Positions 39,042 through 50,614 of a DNA stretch of 64,000 nt are shown here, in pieces. Positions within the stretch are counted from its first letter, which is position 1. The number at the start of each line of letters is the position of its first letter. The position numbers and the translations under genes were made by a program. Source of the stretch: Octopus sinensis (lineage: Eukaryota); assembly GCF_006345805.1 (NCBI RefSeq), contig NC_043000.1, positions 68,448,001 to 68,512,000 on the forward strand, read 5' to 3'. The notes beneath the pieces are model-generated. The model was not told the DNA's origin and made no database searches. It saw only the letters and a list, made by a program, of their open reading frames with translations.

Positions 39042-39974
39042 TAGTGGAGGAGTTGGGGTGGTGGCGTCGGGTGTGGTGGAATAGAGGAGTGATTGGAGTT
39101 TACGAAGTTTGGTATTGGAAAGAAATTGATGGAAGAGGTAATTCAAATGGATAATGAAGCGTAGCGTGTTTGGAGCATGGAAAGGCGGCAGAGAGGAGAA
39201 ACATACGGAGAAAGCAGAAGGGAGAAGGCGGTTGATGGTATGTAGTTTAGAGAGATTGGAGCGAATAGTGGCCCGCATAAGGCGGTAAGATGTGGTGCGG
39301 AGTACGGGTAATATGGAAGAAGCCGAGTGGAGAGCAAGGTGGAAATGGAGAAGGAAACCTTTAGGGATGAGTCGGTGATGTAGGCAGCGGTTTAGAAAAG
39401 AGACGTGGCTAGAGAAGCGGGTTTTTTTTAAAAGAAGCAGAGAGAGATTAATGAACGGCTGAAAGCAGTTTGGAGGGAGTAGGCGGAGGTGATCCTTCAA
39501 ACGGTGGTGGATAGTGAGGAGGTAGGATTTGTAGTCCGGCATGGTGGAATAGTGAAAGAAAAGGAGAGGAAAAAAGGAGAAAAAGAAGGGGAGGAAAAAA
39601 AAGGGGAAAAAACAAACGTTCGAAAAAAACAGCAAAAAAAAACAATCGTATGAAAAAACTAGATAAAAAAAGCGGTAGGAGCAGAAAATAGAGGCGGAGA
39701 AGATGGGACAAATGGAAAAGGAAAGAAAGAAAGGAAGTAGAAAGAGGGGGAGGCAAAAAAGGGGGTGCAGGCAGAGGAAACAGAGTATGGACATCCAGAG
39801 AAGAAAGAAACGACGGAAAGGAGGACAAAAAATGCAGGAAATTGTGGAAAGTATGAAATGAATGTAAAAAAAAGATAATATATGAGAAAATAAAATAAAA
39901 CGAACGGGACAGTTTATACGAACAAGTTCAAGGTTGAGAGTTCAAGGTTAAACATGTATAGACGTCGTGATATA

Positions 39975-40149
39975 TAAGTAACAATTAAAGGACAGGCGAC
40001 AATTCATTACGGCCGTTTCTAACGAATTTTTTTTATTGATTAATGAATACATTGTATCTTTATATAAAATCGTTTTTACTTATTAATCATTTAAAAATTC
40101 GTTAGAAACGGCCGTAATGAATGGACACCTGTACTTCAATTGTTACTTA
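39975..40149. mobile_element. Small MITE with about 57-bp TIRs
   Basis: The inner 30 bp (attcattacggccgtttctaacgaattttt) are perfectly inverted at 40093-40122; the outer arms have a few mismatches. Confidence 0.8.
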
Positions 40150-40539
40150 CTTAATTAATTCTCCTATCTCGTAATATGCCCCTCGCGTGTTATGAAGTAC
40201 ATTATGCACTGTATATTTAATAAAATATACATGTTTGAATAGCTCAAGGGCGGATTATATACTCAGTTGGGTTAAATTAACTGCATTCATTACCCGAATA
40301 TCATTCTGCCAGTACTTCTGTACCAAGGTTGGTATTCATCTAAAAATTGTTTTGTGTGCATTTTATTCTGACCTAACTAGGTACCCCAACTTTAAGTACC
40401 GTATTCAACTGAATCTTGTTCATATATATATATATATGTAGAATACTAGTAAATAATAATATTTGTGCCCATCCAAAGCATGAACCGTGCAGAGAAGTTT
40501 AGAAGTAGGGGACATATGAACTCCGAATGGAGAGAAATG

Positions 40540-41200
40540 GCAGGTGAGTCAGTTGTTTGGTCCAGTTATTTGTAAAATTTTGGGGAAAATAACTGGTTGT
40601 GTTTTGGCCTCTGCTTTAAGCATTTCAGCACAAACACCATTTTAATTCTGATGATTTGCCATTTTTTAATTTACAGATAGCTTTTATGACTTCGTTTACC
40701 TTGATCTCTCCAATGTTGATTTCCAAGTCCTTATCCGCTTCTTTTATTTTGGTAGAGATTATGGACCCTGGGCGATTAAGGATGGTTTGGAAGTGACTCT
40801 CCCATCGTTCTAATTTGGCTTTTTCATAAGTTATTTTGATTCCATCTGCACCTTGTACAGGTAGATCGTAGTATTTTCCTTGGTCTCCACTACGCAGTTT
40901 TTCATTATTTTGTTCAATGATCTTAAATTTTTACGTTTGGCAGCCAAATGGTTTTTGTGCCTATGCTTGCCATTCCGTACTGTCTTATCTTTACTGTCTT
41001 ATCCTCATTCATATATTGCATCATATTATTTTCTATATGCTTGATTGATGTAGATTTCTTTCGTTTTATTTATGATTTTCCATGTGTCTTTTGATATCCA
41101 TTCAGATTTGGGATTTTTTCTATATCCAATAGTGTTTTATTTTAGCTGTGCACTATAGTTTCCCACACAAATTATTTAAGATGTTTCGTTTATTGTATGA
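40540..41200 (-). mobile_element. RTE-clade LINE fragment (EN-RT linker), inverted relative to 41500-42370
   Basis: KLERWESHFQTILNRP...EADKDLEINIGEIKVNEVIKAICKLKNGKS. Confidence 0.8.
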
Positions 41201-41260
41201 AAACTTCGAAAGTCAAGTTAAACACAACAACAAACTGACAGATCCGTTCGACAGATCCGT

Positions 41261-41466
41261 TCTATTCTTGTTTAGTTTTTTATTTTAATCTATTTTTAAA
41301 AGCAAAGTTCAGGTAATATACTTAGCGGCATTTTGTCTGAGTTCAAATTTCACCGAGATCAACATTGCCTTTCATCCTTTCGGAGTAAATAAAATAAGTA
41401 CTATCAGAATACTGGGGTTGATGTAATCGACTTACTCCTCCCCTGAAATTGCTGCCTTGAGCCAAA
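41261..41466 (+). repeat. Composite block duplicated from 44761-44815 and about 44170-44305
   Basis: Two near-identical segments occur in swapped order; the SINE part shares private substitutions and a deletion with the 44.2-kb copy. Confidence 0.8.
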
Positions 41467-41499
41467 CTGAAGTCAAATAACGATGCGTGTTATCACCAA

Positions 41500-42370
41500 T
41501 CTTATTTTCATTGGCAGTGAATTGGTTGATGCAAAGAACGACAGAAGAATAAAACAAGTTATAGAATGGAACACAACTCAACTAGAAGATTTAGATTATG
41601 CAGACGACGTTTTTGTTCTCATACACGCCTCAAGAGTTACAAGACAAATCTGAAAGACTTAGTCAAATAGCTAATACCAGAGATCTCGAAACCAACGAGA
41701 AGAAAACGTACACTTTTTGTAAAAATATAACATATGCAGACCATGTGACTTTGAAGGTCAAACCAATCGCAAATGTTGACAAATTTAACCAGCTAGGCAC
41801 CAAAATAACAATGGATGGAGACTGCATTCATGAAATAAATACAAGAACCAGCAAAGTCAAACAATCATTCGGTATGTTAAACTCAATATGAAAATCATCA
41901 ATATTCAGCAAGTACACCAAAATACGATTTTACAAAAGCAAAATCCTTCTCTATGGATCCGAATGTTGGAAAACAACCAAAAGTATTGAAAAGAAATTGA
42001 GGGTGCTTCGAAATAAATGTTTACGAAAGAGTTTGAAGATTCTACTGGGCGAATATGATCTCAGCTAGCCAACCATACACCAAGACTAACGCGAAACCAA
42101 TAAGTGAAACTATAGAAGCAAGGATATGGAAATGGCCAGGTCGCGTTTGTCGCTGTAAGCCGAGCTCAATTTCAGGATCGCTTTGCAATAGGTTCCACAA
42201 GGTAAAAGAAGACGTGGCCGACAAAAGGAAACGTGTTGGAGAACAATAACAAAAGATCTTAAAAGAAGAGGGTTAACAGTGGAACAAGCTGTCAAGGACA
42301 CTTTCAGTCTTAGAAGGTGGAATGATCTTGCTGTCGCCTCAAGTGCCACAAGACACAATGAGAACTATAT
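41500..42370 (+). mobile_element. RTE-clade LINE 3' part
   Basis: LEDLDYADD, LLYGSECWKTT, NKCLR and ARIWKWPG. Confidence 0.88.
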
Positions 42371-42387
42371 ATATATGTATGTAATTG

Positions 42388-42483
42388 ACGGGCTTCTTTC
42401 AGTTCCCTTTTAACCAAATACACTCACAAGGCTTTGGTTGATCTGGAGCTATAGAAGAAAACACATACCCAAGGTGCCGCACG
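42388..42483 (-). mobile_element. SINE family 1 fragment
   Basis: Plus strand gacgggcttctttcagtt...cacaaggctttgg...cccaaggtgcc is the reverse complement of the family-1 core. Confidence 0.75.
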
Positions 42484-42543
42484 CGCACATGCACACACAC
42501 AAACACAAACACACACACACACACACACACACGCGCGCGCACA

Positions 42544-42574
<31 letters not shown>

Positions 42575-43038
42575 TACTCACGCACTCACACACTGTATAT
42601 ATGGGTGTGTTATGTGAAGGCGAAGTATCAGCATGGTGTTAATCAAGCAAAATAAATAATTATGCACAGACAACGGGAAAAACATTCAGAGCATGGGAAA
42701 GCACAAACAAGGAAAGCAAATGCTTCCCGACAATCAAAGTGAAGGCAATTTTGGCGCATTTTATTAATAGGATCTTTCGCTTCAGAACACCGGTGGGTTG
42801 ATTACAAATTTTATCAGAATATAGTCTAGCAAAGGCATGACAATACAAATGGATAAGAAGAACGAGAGAACGATGTGTATACAAAAATCTACGAAAAATG
42901 TAGACAAATGTTTAAGACTGTCGACCTGTAAAGAAAACAATTAATTATCTATCGTCGGTAAACAAAGCATCGGACGGAATGACAATGACCATTTCACAAA
43001 GTCTTTCTACAGAAATATAAAAGAAAAATGAATAAGAT

Positions 43039-43169
43039 AGGTGCAGGCGTGGCTATGTGGAAAGAAGCTTGCTTTCGAAACCCATGTTACTGGGTTCAGT
43101 TCCAGTACGTGACACCTTGGGCAGCCCCCTCACGCCGACCAAACCCTTGTGACACAAACTGAAAGAAGC

Positions 43170-43172
<3 letters not shown>
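43039..43172 (+). mobile_element. SINE family 1 5' half, followed by (TA)n
   Basis: ggtgcaggcgtggctatgtggaaagaagcttgc...gaaactgaaagaagccc. Confidence 0.8.
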
Positions 43173-43265
<93 letters not shown>

Positions 43266-43269
43266 CACA

Positions 43270-43520
43270 TATATAAATTAACAGAATGAGATAAAAGTCC
43301 AAGGCTGTAAAGATTTCAGAACATTTTTACAGCTGTTTCCGGGATATTTTATATATTCTTTCATCGGAGACGGTGTGAGAAAATGGTTAAGCAATATTTA
43401 TTCTAGATATGATATGAAATAGAGAGTGAAGTGGAGGAATGAAAATAGACGTGAGATATGCAAGGATATTGTATCTTCAGTTCCATTATTTAGGCAGAAT
43501 GGTATACATATAATCTTATA
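43270..43520 (-). mobile_element. PLE pseudo-LTR family B with hammerhead at 43328-43372
   Basis: Homologous to both arms at 53159-53701. Minus strand reads CCGATGA-A-...-G-GAAAC-AGCT-GTA; stem III is the palindrome ACAGCTGT. Confidence 0.75.
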
Positions 43521-43521
43521 T

Positions 43522-44322
43522 GCTGGCAGAATCGTTAGCACGCCGGACAAAATGCTTAGCAGCATTTCGTCTGTCTTTACGTTTTGAGTTCAAATACAGC
43601 CGAGGTCGACTTTGCCTTCCATCCTTTCGGAGTCGATCACTGGGGTCAATGTAATCAACTTAATCTCTCTCCTGAAATTGCTGGCTTCGTGCCAAAATTT
43701 GAAACCAATATTATATTGTAATTAAAGGCGGCGAGCTGGCAGACTCGTTAGTACGCTGGACGAAATGCTCAGCGGTATTTCGTCTGCCGTTACGTTCCGA
43801 GTTCAAATTTCGCTGAGGTCGACTTTGCCTTTCATCCTTTCGGGGTCGATAAATTAAGTATCAGTTACGCACTGGGGTCGATGTAATCGACTTAATCCGT
43901 TTGTCTGTCCTTGATTGTCCTCTCTGTGTTTAGCCCCTTGTGGGTAGTAAAGAAATAGGCATTTTGTCTATCTTCATGTTCTGGGTTCCAATTTCGCAGC
44001 GGTGGACTTCGCCTTTCATCCTTTTGGGGTCGAGAAAAAAACTATCAGCTGAGTACTGGGATCGATGCAATCGACATACTACCTTCCCGAAATTACTGGC
44101 CTTTTACCAAAATTTAGAATCAATATGATATGGCAAATTAGGTGGCGAGCTAGCAGAATCGTTAGCATGCTATTTTGTCTGAGTTCAAATTTCACCGAGA
44201 TCAACATTGCCTTTCATCCTTTCGGAGTAAATAAAATAAGTACTATCAGAATACTGGGGTTAATGTAATCGACTTACTCCTCCCCTGAAATTACTGCCTT
44301 GAGCCAAAATTTGAAACCAATA
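43522..44322 (+). mobile_element. Four head-to-tail SINE family 2 copies (Meta-domain-like; octopus OR-type, name from memory)
   Basis: ggcgagctggcagaatcgttagc...gagttcaaat...gaggtcgactttgcctttcatcctttcggggtcgat...gatgtaatcgactt is repeated at about 43522, 43727, 43960 and 44143. Confidence 0.88.
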
Positions 44323-44959
44323 TTATGTGATTCAGTTGAGGAGAAAATGCATAATGAAGAATAAGAAAATGGAAATGGAAAGGTGAACGCTTAGAATGAT
44401 ACAATATTTCAGTTTTTTCATTTATATTTTAATGTTACCAATGCTCTTAGAGAAAGCTCCGCGAGGACACTCGACCAGCTAGAAATTGAAACTAAACCTC
44501 TCTTAAATGAAATCCTGCCGTTTTGAAAGTGAAGGATACAGGTACATCAAACTATGTATTCTTAGACATACCAGCATTTTACTGCACAACAAAGTGCCGG
44601 TGACAGGATGCGAACCAACAACATTCCTTTGACTGGTTATCCAGTACACACATCCACTGTCTCTCATAAAAGTTAAGTTTTTGTTTCCTTTTTACAAATG
44701 ACTATCGTGGAATATGTGAGCTATTTGTGTTTCGTTTCGCTGGTTTGCTGTTTCTTTTCTTCTATTTTTGTTTAGTTTTTTTATTTTACTCTATTTTTAA
44801 AAGCAAAGTTCAGGTTATTCACTGAAAGTTCATCCAACTATGTCACTGTCAAGGGATGTCTTTTCCTTGTTTCAATTTCCCGACCGATGCTCCAATTCCA
44901 GACAATTTATTGTCTAATTGGAGTCAAATCATCAGGACATTTATACGACACATCGCTGG

Positions 44960-46633
44960 GAAATCATGGCCGTCGTCGTCGTCGACATCATCATCATCAT
45001 CATCATCATCATCCCCTCTGACATCATCATCATCATCATCCCCTCTGACATCATCATGTTGTTGACTGTGTCTTCCGCGTCTGATGAAAAGCAAAAAATA
45101 ACGCAAGTCACTGCAGGCCACACGTCATGTTGGAGTTTGGTGAAACTAGAGAACTGCTGGCGTTATTTAAGAACACTCTGATTGTTTCATCATTTGATGA
45201 AAAATAAAAGAAAAAGAAAAAGAAAAAAGATATAAGATCCAAAACTGAAAAAAAAGATCGTATCGTTTACCCACGCTGCTTATCCGATCTTTATTTAGCA
45301 GAAATGCATATGTTCGCAGGAGACGCTCAATTGCTAAGAGAAGCGCTTAGGATAGATATATTTATATGACAGAATAATCAAAACATACTAAGTAAGAAAT
45401 ATTTTGAACGTGCAAGTGACAGAAAATGACTGAATGAGAGAGCTTGATACTGGAAGATGGAAGAACATGTAACAGTGAGAATGACGAGTAAAGAGAGAAT
45501 GAGATAAGAGAAACAACGTGTAGGGGTACTTAGCTGAACACAATATAAAGAGAAAAAAACTTTGGAGAGAGAGACGAAAAGATCAGTAGACAAACTATCT
45601 AAATTATAGATAAAATAGTCTCTTCAATTAAAAGAATATGTCACTGACTATACATATTTGTTTGCGTATTCAAATTAACAGTGATCCTTACATACATCGA
45701 CTCCCGGGCCAAATAGAAGAGACTGAGAAAGGGTTATAGGTAACTCAGGAAAAGGTAGAGGAAAGAGAGAGAGAAAAAGGGTCAGTGATAGAAAATGCTA
45801 GCAGTTGAGAGGAACAGATAAATAGAAGGAAGTTAGGAAGTGAAAGACAAAAAATGAATTTGTGAATGTATGCACATATGCGAGCATGTGGGTGAAAAAA
45901 AAGCATTGTGGAATGAGAGAGGAGGGCTGTATGTGAGAACGACTGTTTGACACCTGACTAGTGCGGTTCGTCTTTCAAGTTAAAGCGTCTGTTAAGTAGA
46001 CCGTGGAAACTTAGATTCCTGATACGAAATTTTGTAATTTTAGAAACTTGAGGCCAAAACGATAACCTCATGTTTAACCATCATTCCGCACAAAATTAAA
46101 ACAACATAAGATTAAACGAAACAAAAAACGACAACGCAAACAAAAAATAAAACTTTTTTTTTATTTATTTAAACATATCAAATGGATCTCGTCCAGCTTT
46201 TTTTTTTCCAGTCGTTTAGGGTTGCAATTATTGTAGATTTGCCTTTTCTTTATTTAGCTGACATGTGAAACTGCTTAAGTATCGTTTAAACGTAGACAAA
46301 GTGAGCCCAACAACAGATGCAAATCTTAAAGTAGATTAAATGATTAGCTGCTATTTATCACGATCTGTATTACTTTACTATTTTCTTGTGAGAAGATAAA
46401 ATATGCCCACAAAAGTGATCTTAATATAACATAGCCTTGATAATTATTTTAATAGCATGACAGACCAGCATAGTGAAAAGTTGTAGATTTGAGATGGATG
46501 ACTCTTGGAAGGTACTCATTTTTATAACCAAATGTCTATATTACAATTGATTTACTGCTGTGATCGATATCCTCTCCTCCTCCTCCCTCCTTTCTCCTCT
46601 TCTCCCTCATCATCATCGTCGTCGTCGTCGTCG

Positions 46634-46702
<69 letters not shown>

Positions 46703-46727
46703 GCAGCAGCAGCAGCGGCGGCAGCAG
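44960..46727. repeat. Trinucleotide tracts: (CGT)/(CAT)n 44960-45057; compound CCT/CAT/CGT/CAA/CAG 46563-46727
   Basis: Read directly. Confidence 0.95.
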
Positions 46728-46974
46728 AAGTAAAAGTGACAACAATGTTATTATGTTTTCCTTCTGAATACTTATATTCTACAATGGTATTTCGTTACGA
46801 TCACTATGATCATCGATAGCATTTGAGATGAGAAACGACGGAACTAAATATTCCTCAAATCACACTCGACTGCCTTAGTGGCAAGTGGGGTGGGGGAACA
46901 TTGGATAATGAAGTTTGAAGCGAACAATACCCGAATAAAAAAAGAGGTGGAGTAGTCACGGCTGGAATGCCTTT

Positions 46975-47406
46975 ATATCCAACTTAACAGGGATGTCTTG
47001 TTAGAACAACGAATACTGTATTATTAGCCTTGAAAGAACCTCTCTTATTGGTGCTTGGTGCCCGAAAGCATGCACGTAGCTTGAAGAAGACAAGAACCGC
47101 CTGTCACGGACGCCGGAATTCACATGTTACGTGATTTCGGTCTATAGGACGGACCTCACCAGGGGGAAGCGCTGGTCACGGTATGCCAGTCAAATCTCGC
47201 TGCCACGAAATATAAAATACCAGCAACTTTTCAGATACTGGTGTCTCAAATAGCTAGCAGGTTTATTAAAAATTAATTAATAGCGACGGAAGCAGTATTA
47301 ACACCAAACGGTAATCATAATATCCAACTTAACGTGGGTATCTTGTTAGAACACCGAATATTGCGTAATTAGTCTTGAGAGAACCGCTCTTACAGGCGCT
47401 TAGTGC
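46975..47406 (+). repeat. Diverged direct repeat of about 87 bp, with starts 345 bp apart
   Basis: atatccaacttaac...tcttgttagaac...gaacc.ctctta...gct..gtgc at 46975-47061 and 47320-47406; roughly 80% identical by eye. Confidence 0.75.
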
Positions 47407-48674
47407 GTAAAATCACACATCATCTGGGGTTCGGTAGGAATCTTAAGAAAAGTAGAAGTATCACTTAGGTCTCTAACGTCATATAATCAAAGGATTAAAG
47501 TTCATTGTGTGTATAAAGATATTTTTAACCGATAAGATGTATTGTTTAACCTACTGGTTGTAAGGCCGGAAACATCTGAGTGACATACAATTATTCATGA
47601 CAAATGTTTCAATATATATATAAAATATGTATATGTTGATTAAGAATCAGTTACTTTTTACTTTATGCAAATTTATGATCAAATATTTCCAAATGGCATT
47701 AACTAATTCTAACCGAATGAAGCTTATTAGGTGCATCAACTTAAAATACAACACTCTTAAAATAAGAATAAACAGTTTTCTCATGGGAGATCGAGAACGC
47801 TTTCTCTACGAAGATGCGATACTACACGTAATACGCACTATCAAGTAGATCTGTTTGTCATTCACTCAAAAGCCACTTGTTAGATACTTTGTTATAATTA
47901 TTGTTTATAAAATCTTCCCTTCTATCTGATTAAAACTTAGTTTTCATTAATGTAATTTGCTGAATCACAAACTTTATGAAATTCTGAAACATTTCTGATA
48001 AAAATGTATCCGTTCAATCACAGAATGTGACTTCTTTAGACATGCAATTTTATGACTAATATTTTTGAAACGTTATTTCAGCTTACAAAGAAGAATTAAT
48101 ATGTAAAACCATAACCAATAGCTGTTAAATCACAGAATTAGTATTTACTTAATCATTAACATTTGCTAATGTGTGTGACAAATCTATACTAAATTGTTAT
48201 AATGAACATACTAGTTAAAATGCCAATACAAATACTAACCTTAAATATCAACAAACATTTATACATAAATATGTGTGGAGCTTATAAAAATATTACTGCA
48301 GTACAAAGTTTGAATTGTTGTAAATATGTTATAACAGAGCGAACATGCTGTCTTTATGATGGCATGTTTTACATTGATTTGATTTCCTTGTATTATATAT
48401 TCCTATTGCGTATGTGCGTTAATATACATCTGGTGTGCATGTGGGAAGAGTGCCGACTGGCAAGACATGCAACGGGAATGAAGCTCGAATATCAATAACG
48501 GAAAACGTAAAATAGAGCTATTAGATGAAATACATTTGTAAAGCAATAAGAAATTACCACCTAAATACTGCCAATAAATTTTAATATACACACTCACACA
48601 CACACACACATACACACATACGCACACACGCACGCACACACTCATACACACATACGCACACACGCACGCACACA

Positions 48675-49216
48675 CTACTATGCCGTTTTAATACACTTAG
48701 CATTCGTTACTAAGCACAATATCTTTGTTTATAACGTTATCCTATACACGTTTATGTATAATTAAAAACTGAGCCCATCTCACTACTATGCCGTTTTAAT
48801 ACACTTAGCATTCGTTACTAAGCACAATATCTTTGTTTATAACGTTATCCTATACACGTTTATGTATAATAAAAACTGAGCCCATCTCACTACTATGCCG
48901 TTTTAATACACTTAGCATTCGTTACTAAGCACAATATCTTTGTTTATAACGTTATCCTATACACGTTTATGTATAATTAAAAACTGAGCCCATCTCACTA
49001 CTATGCCGTTTTAATACACTTAGCATTCGTTACTAAGCACAATATCTTTGTTTATAACGTTATCCTATACACGTTTATGTATAATTAAAAACTGAGCCCA
49101 TCTCACTACTATGCCGTTTTAATACACTTAGCATTCGTTACTAAGCACAATATCTTTGTTTATAACGTTATCCTATACACGTTTATGTATAATTAAAAAC
49201 TGAGCCCATCTCACTC
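48675..49216 (+). repeat. Tandem array of 5 x 108 bp
   Basis: Units start at 48675, 48783, 48890, 48998 and 49106 and are identical except for one 1-bp deletion in unit 2. Confidence 0.97.
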
Positions 49217-49342
49217 ATATTTTTAGTGCAAATCGAACGGAAGAAGTATATTCTTTGCTTTATATATAACATGCGGTTATATCATTAAATATTGTTATAT
49301 ATGAATTGAAAGTGAAGCGAAGCAACTTGATAAGTAGATATA

Positions 49343-50614
49343 TCAGGTTCAGTAAAATGTAAGCAACGTTTTGAACCATGAAGAATTTGTACCGGATTTT
49401 TGCAGTTTTGATTTTTTAAAAACATTTTTTGTAATTGTCTTATAATAGATATAGTCTTGCTCAAATGCATCAAAAATTAGCATTGATATTTTTCCCCGAT
49501 GTACAATCATCTGATGTGGAAGTGTCAAAACGCGATATTCGAGCAATTTTGCAATTCAACTTCAAAAAAGGACGTAAAGCAGCTGAAATTGCTCGCGATA
49601 TCAACGAAACGTTTGGCGAGGAAATGACCAGTGAGTGGTCAGCTCGAAAATGGTTTAAACGATTTCGCAATGGAGACCTGAGCCTTGAAGATCGTGAGCA
49701 TAGTGGACGCCAATCTGTCATCGATGACAGTCAAATAACGATCGTCATTGCGAAAGATCTGCGTAAAACCACTCGAGAACTAACAAAAGAACTTCAAGTT
49801 AGCCAGAAAACTGCCTGCAACCATTTGCATGCGATCGGAAAATCAAAAAAGCTCGACAAACGGGTACCAAACAATTTGAATGAAAATCAGAAAATGCGCA
49901 GATACGAAATTTGCTCGTCGTTTCTTCTCCGTAACCAGACTGATCCATTTCTCGACTGTATAATAACTTACGATGAAAAATGGATTCTGTACAATAACAA
50001 AAACGTTCTTCGCAATGGTTGGACCAAAATGAAGCACCGAAAACTTAACTAAACCCGAGCCCTTCAAAAAGAAGGTTATGGTGACTGTTTGGTGGTGTAC
50101 TGCTGGACTTATCCACTATAACTTTTTAAAACCTGAAAAAACCATTACTGCAGAAACATTGCCATGAAATTGCCAAAATGAACGAAAAACTGCTACTTTT
50201 CCGTCCCAGACTGGTCAATAGAAGAGAGCCAGCCATTCTTAATGACAATGCTCGACCACATATTTCACTAATGACGCTCCAGAAGTTGAGGGAACTTTGT
50301 TACGAATTTCTTCCCCACCCAGCTTATTCCCTAGACCTTTCTCCTACGGACTACCACTTTTTCAAGCAACTTGATGGTTTCCTGCGAGAGAAGGAGTTCA
50401 AAAATCATACCAACGCTGAAAGTACGTTCAAAGAGTTTCTCAGCTCCAGAACTCCATATTTTTATGTTACTGGAATAAACAAACTTGTAACTCGTTGACA
50501 AAAATGTGTTGCTTGCAATGGTACTTAATTTGATGAATAAAATTCCCGCATTGTTGAAATATATTGTGATGAATCTCATGTTTCAAAACGTTGCTTACTT
50601 TTTACTCAGCCTGA
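49343..50614 (+). mobile_element. Near full-length mariner (DD34D) transposon, 1272 bp, transposase pseudogenised
   Basis: About 40-bp TIRs tcaggttcagtaaaatgtaagcaacgttttgaaccatga / tcatgtttcaaaacgttgcttactttttactcagcctga with TA TSDs. Motifs WFKRFRNGD, ITYDEKW, NDNARPH and HPAYSLDLSPTDYHFF. Frameshifts near 50030 and 50160. Confidence 0.95.

Larger units (their letters stand above)
35671..39830 (-). mobile_element. Near-complete Neptune-type Penelope-like element with 3' pLTR
   Basis: ORF from the ATG at 39542 (MPDYKSY...RCLHHRLIPKGF) through IKPADKGGAVVV, IYFLPKIHK, FTMDIQSLY, MGTRMGPNYA, YDRYIDD, linker CSRPRCRTC and GIY-YIG IIYC...YIGQT, to PFGLN near 36640. Few frameshifts. Confidence 0.93.

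Noticed and set aside
47105-47220. LTR start (TGTCACG)
   Set aside because: No matching ...CA end, TSD, PBS or second LTR was found.
48675-49216. CRISPR-like array
   Set aside because: Units are contiguous and identical with no unique spacers, the context is eukaryotic, and there are no cas genes.
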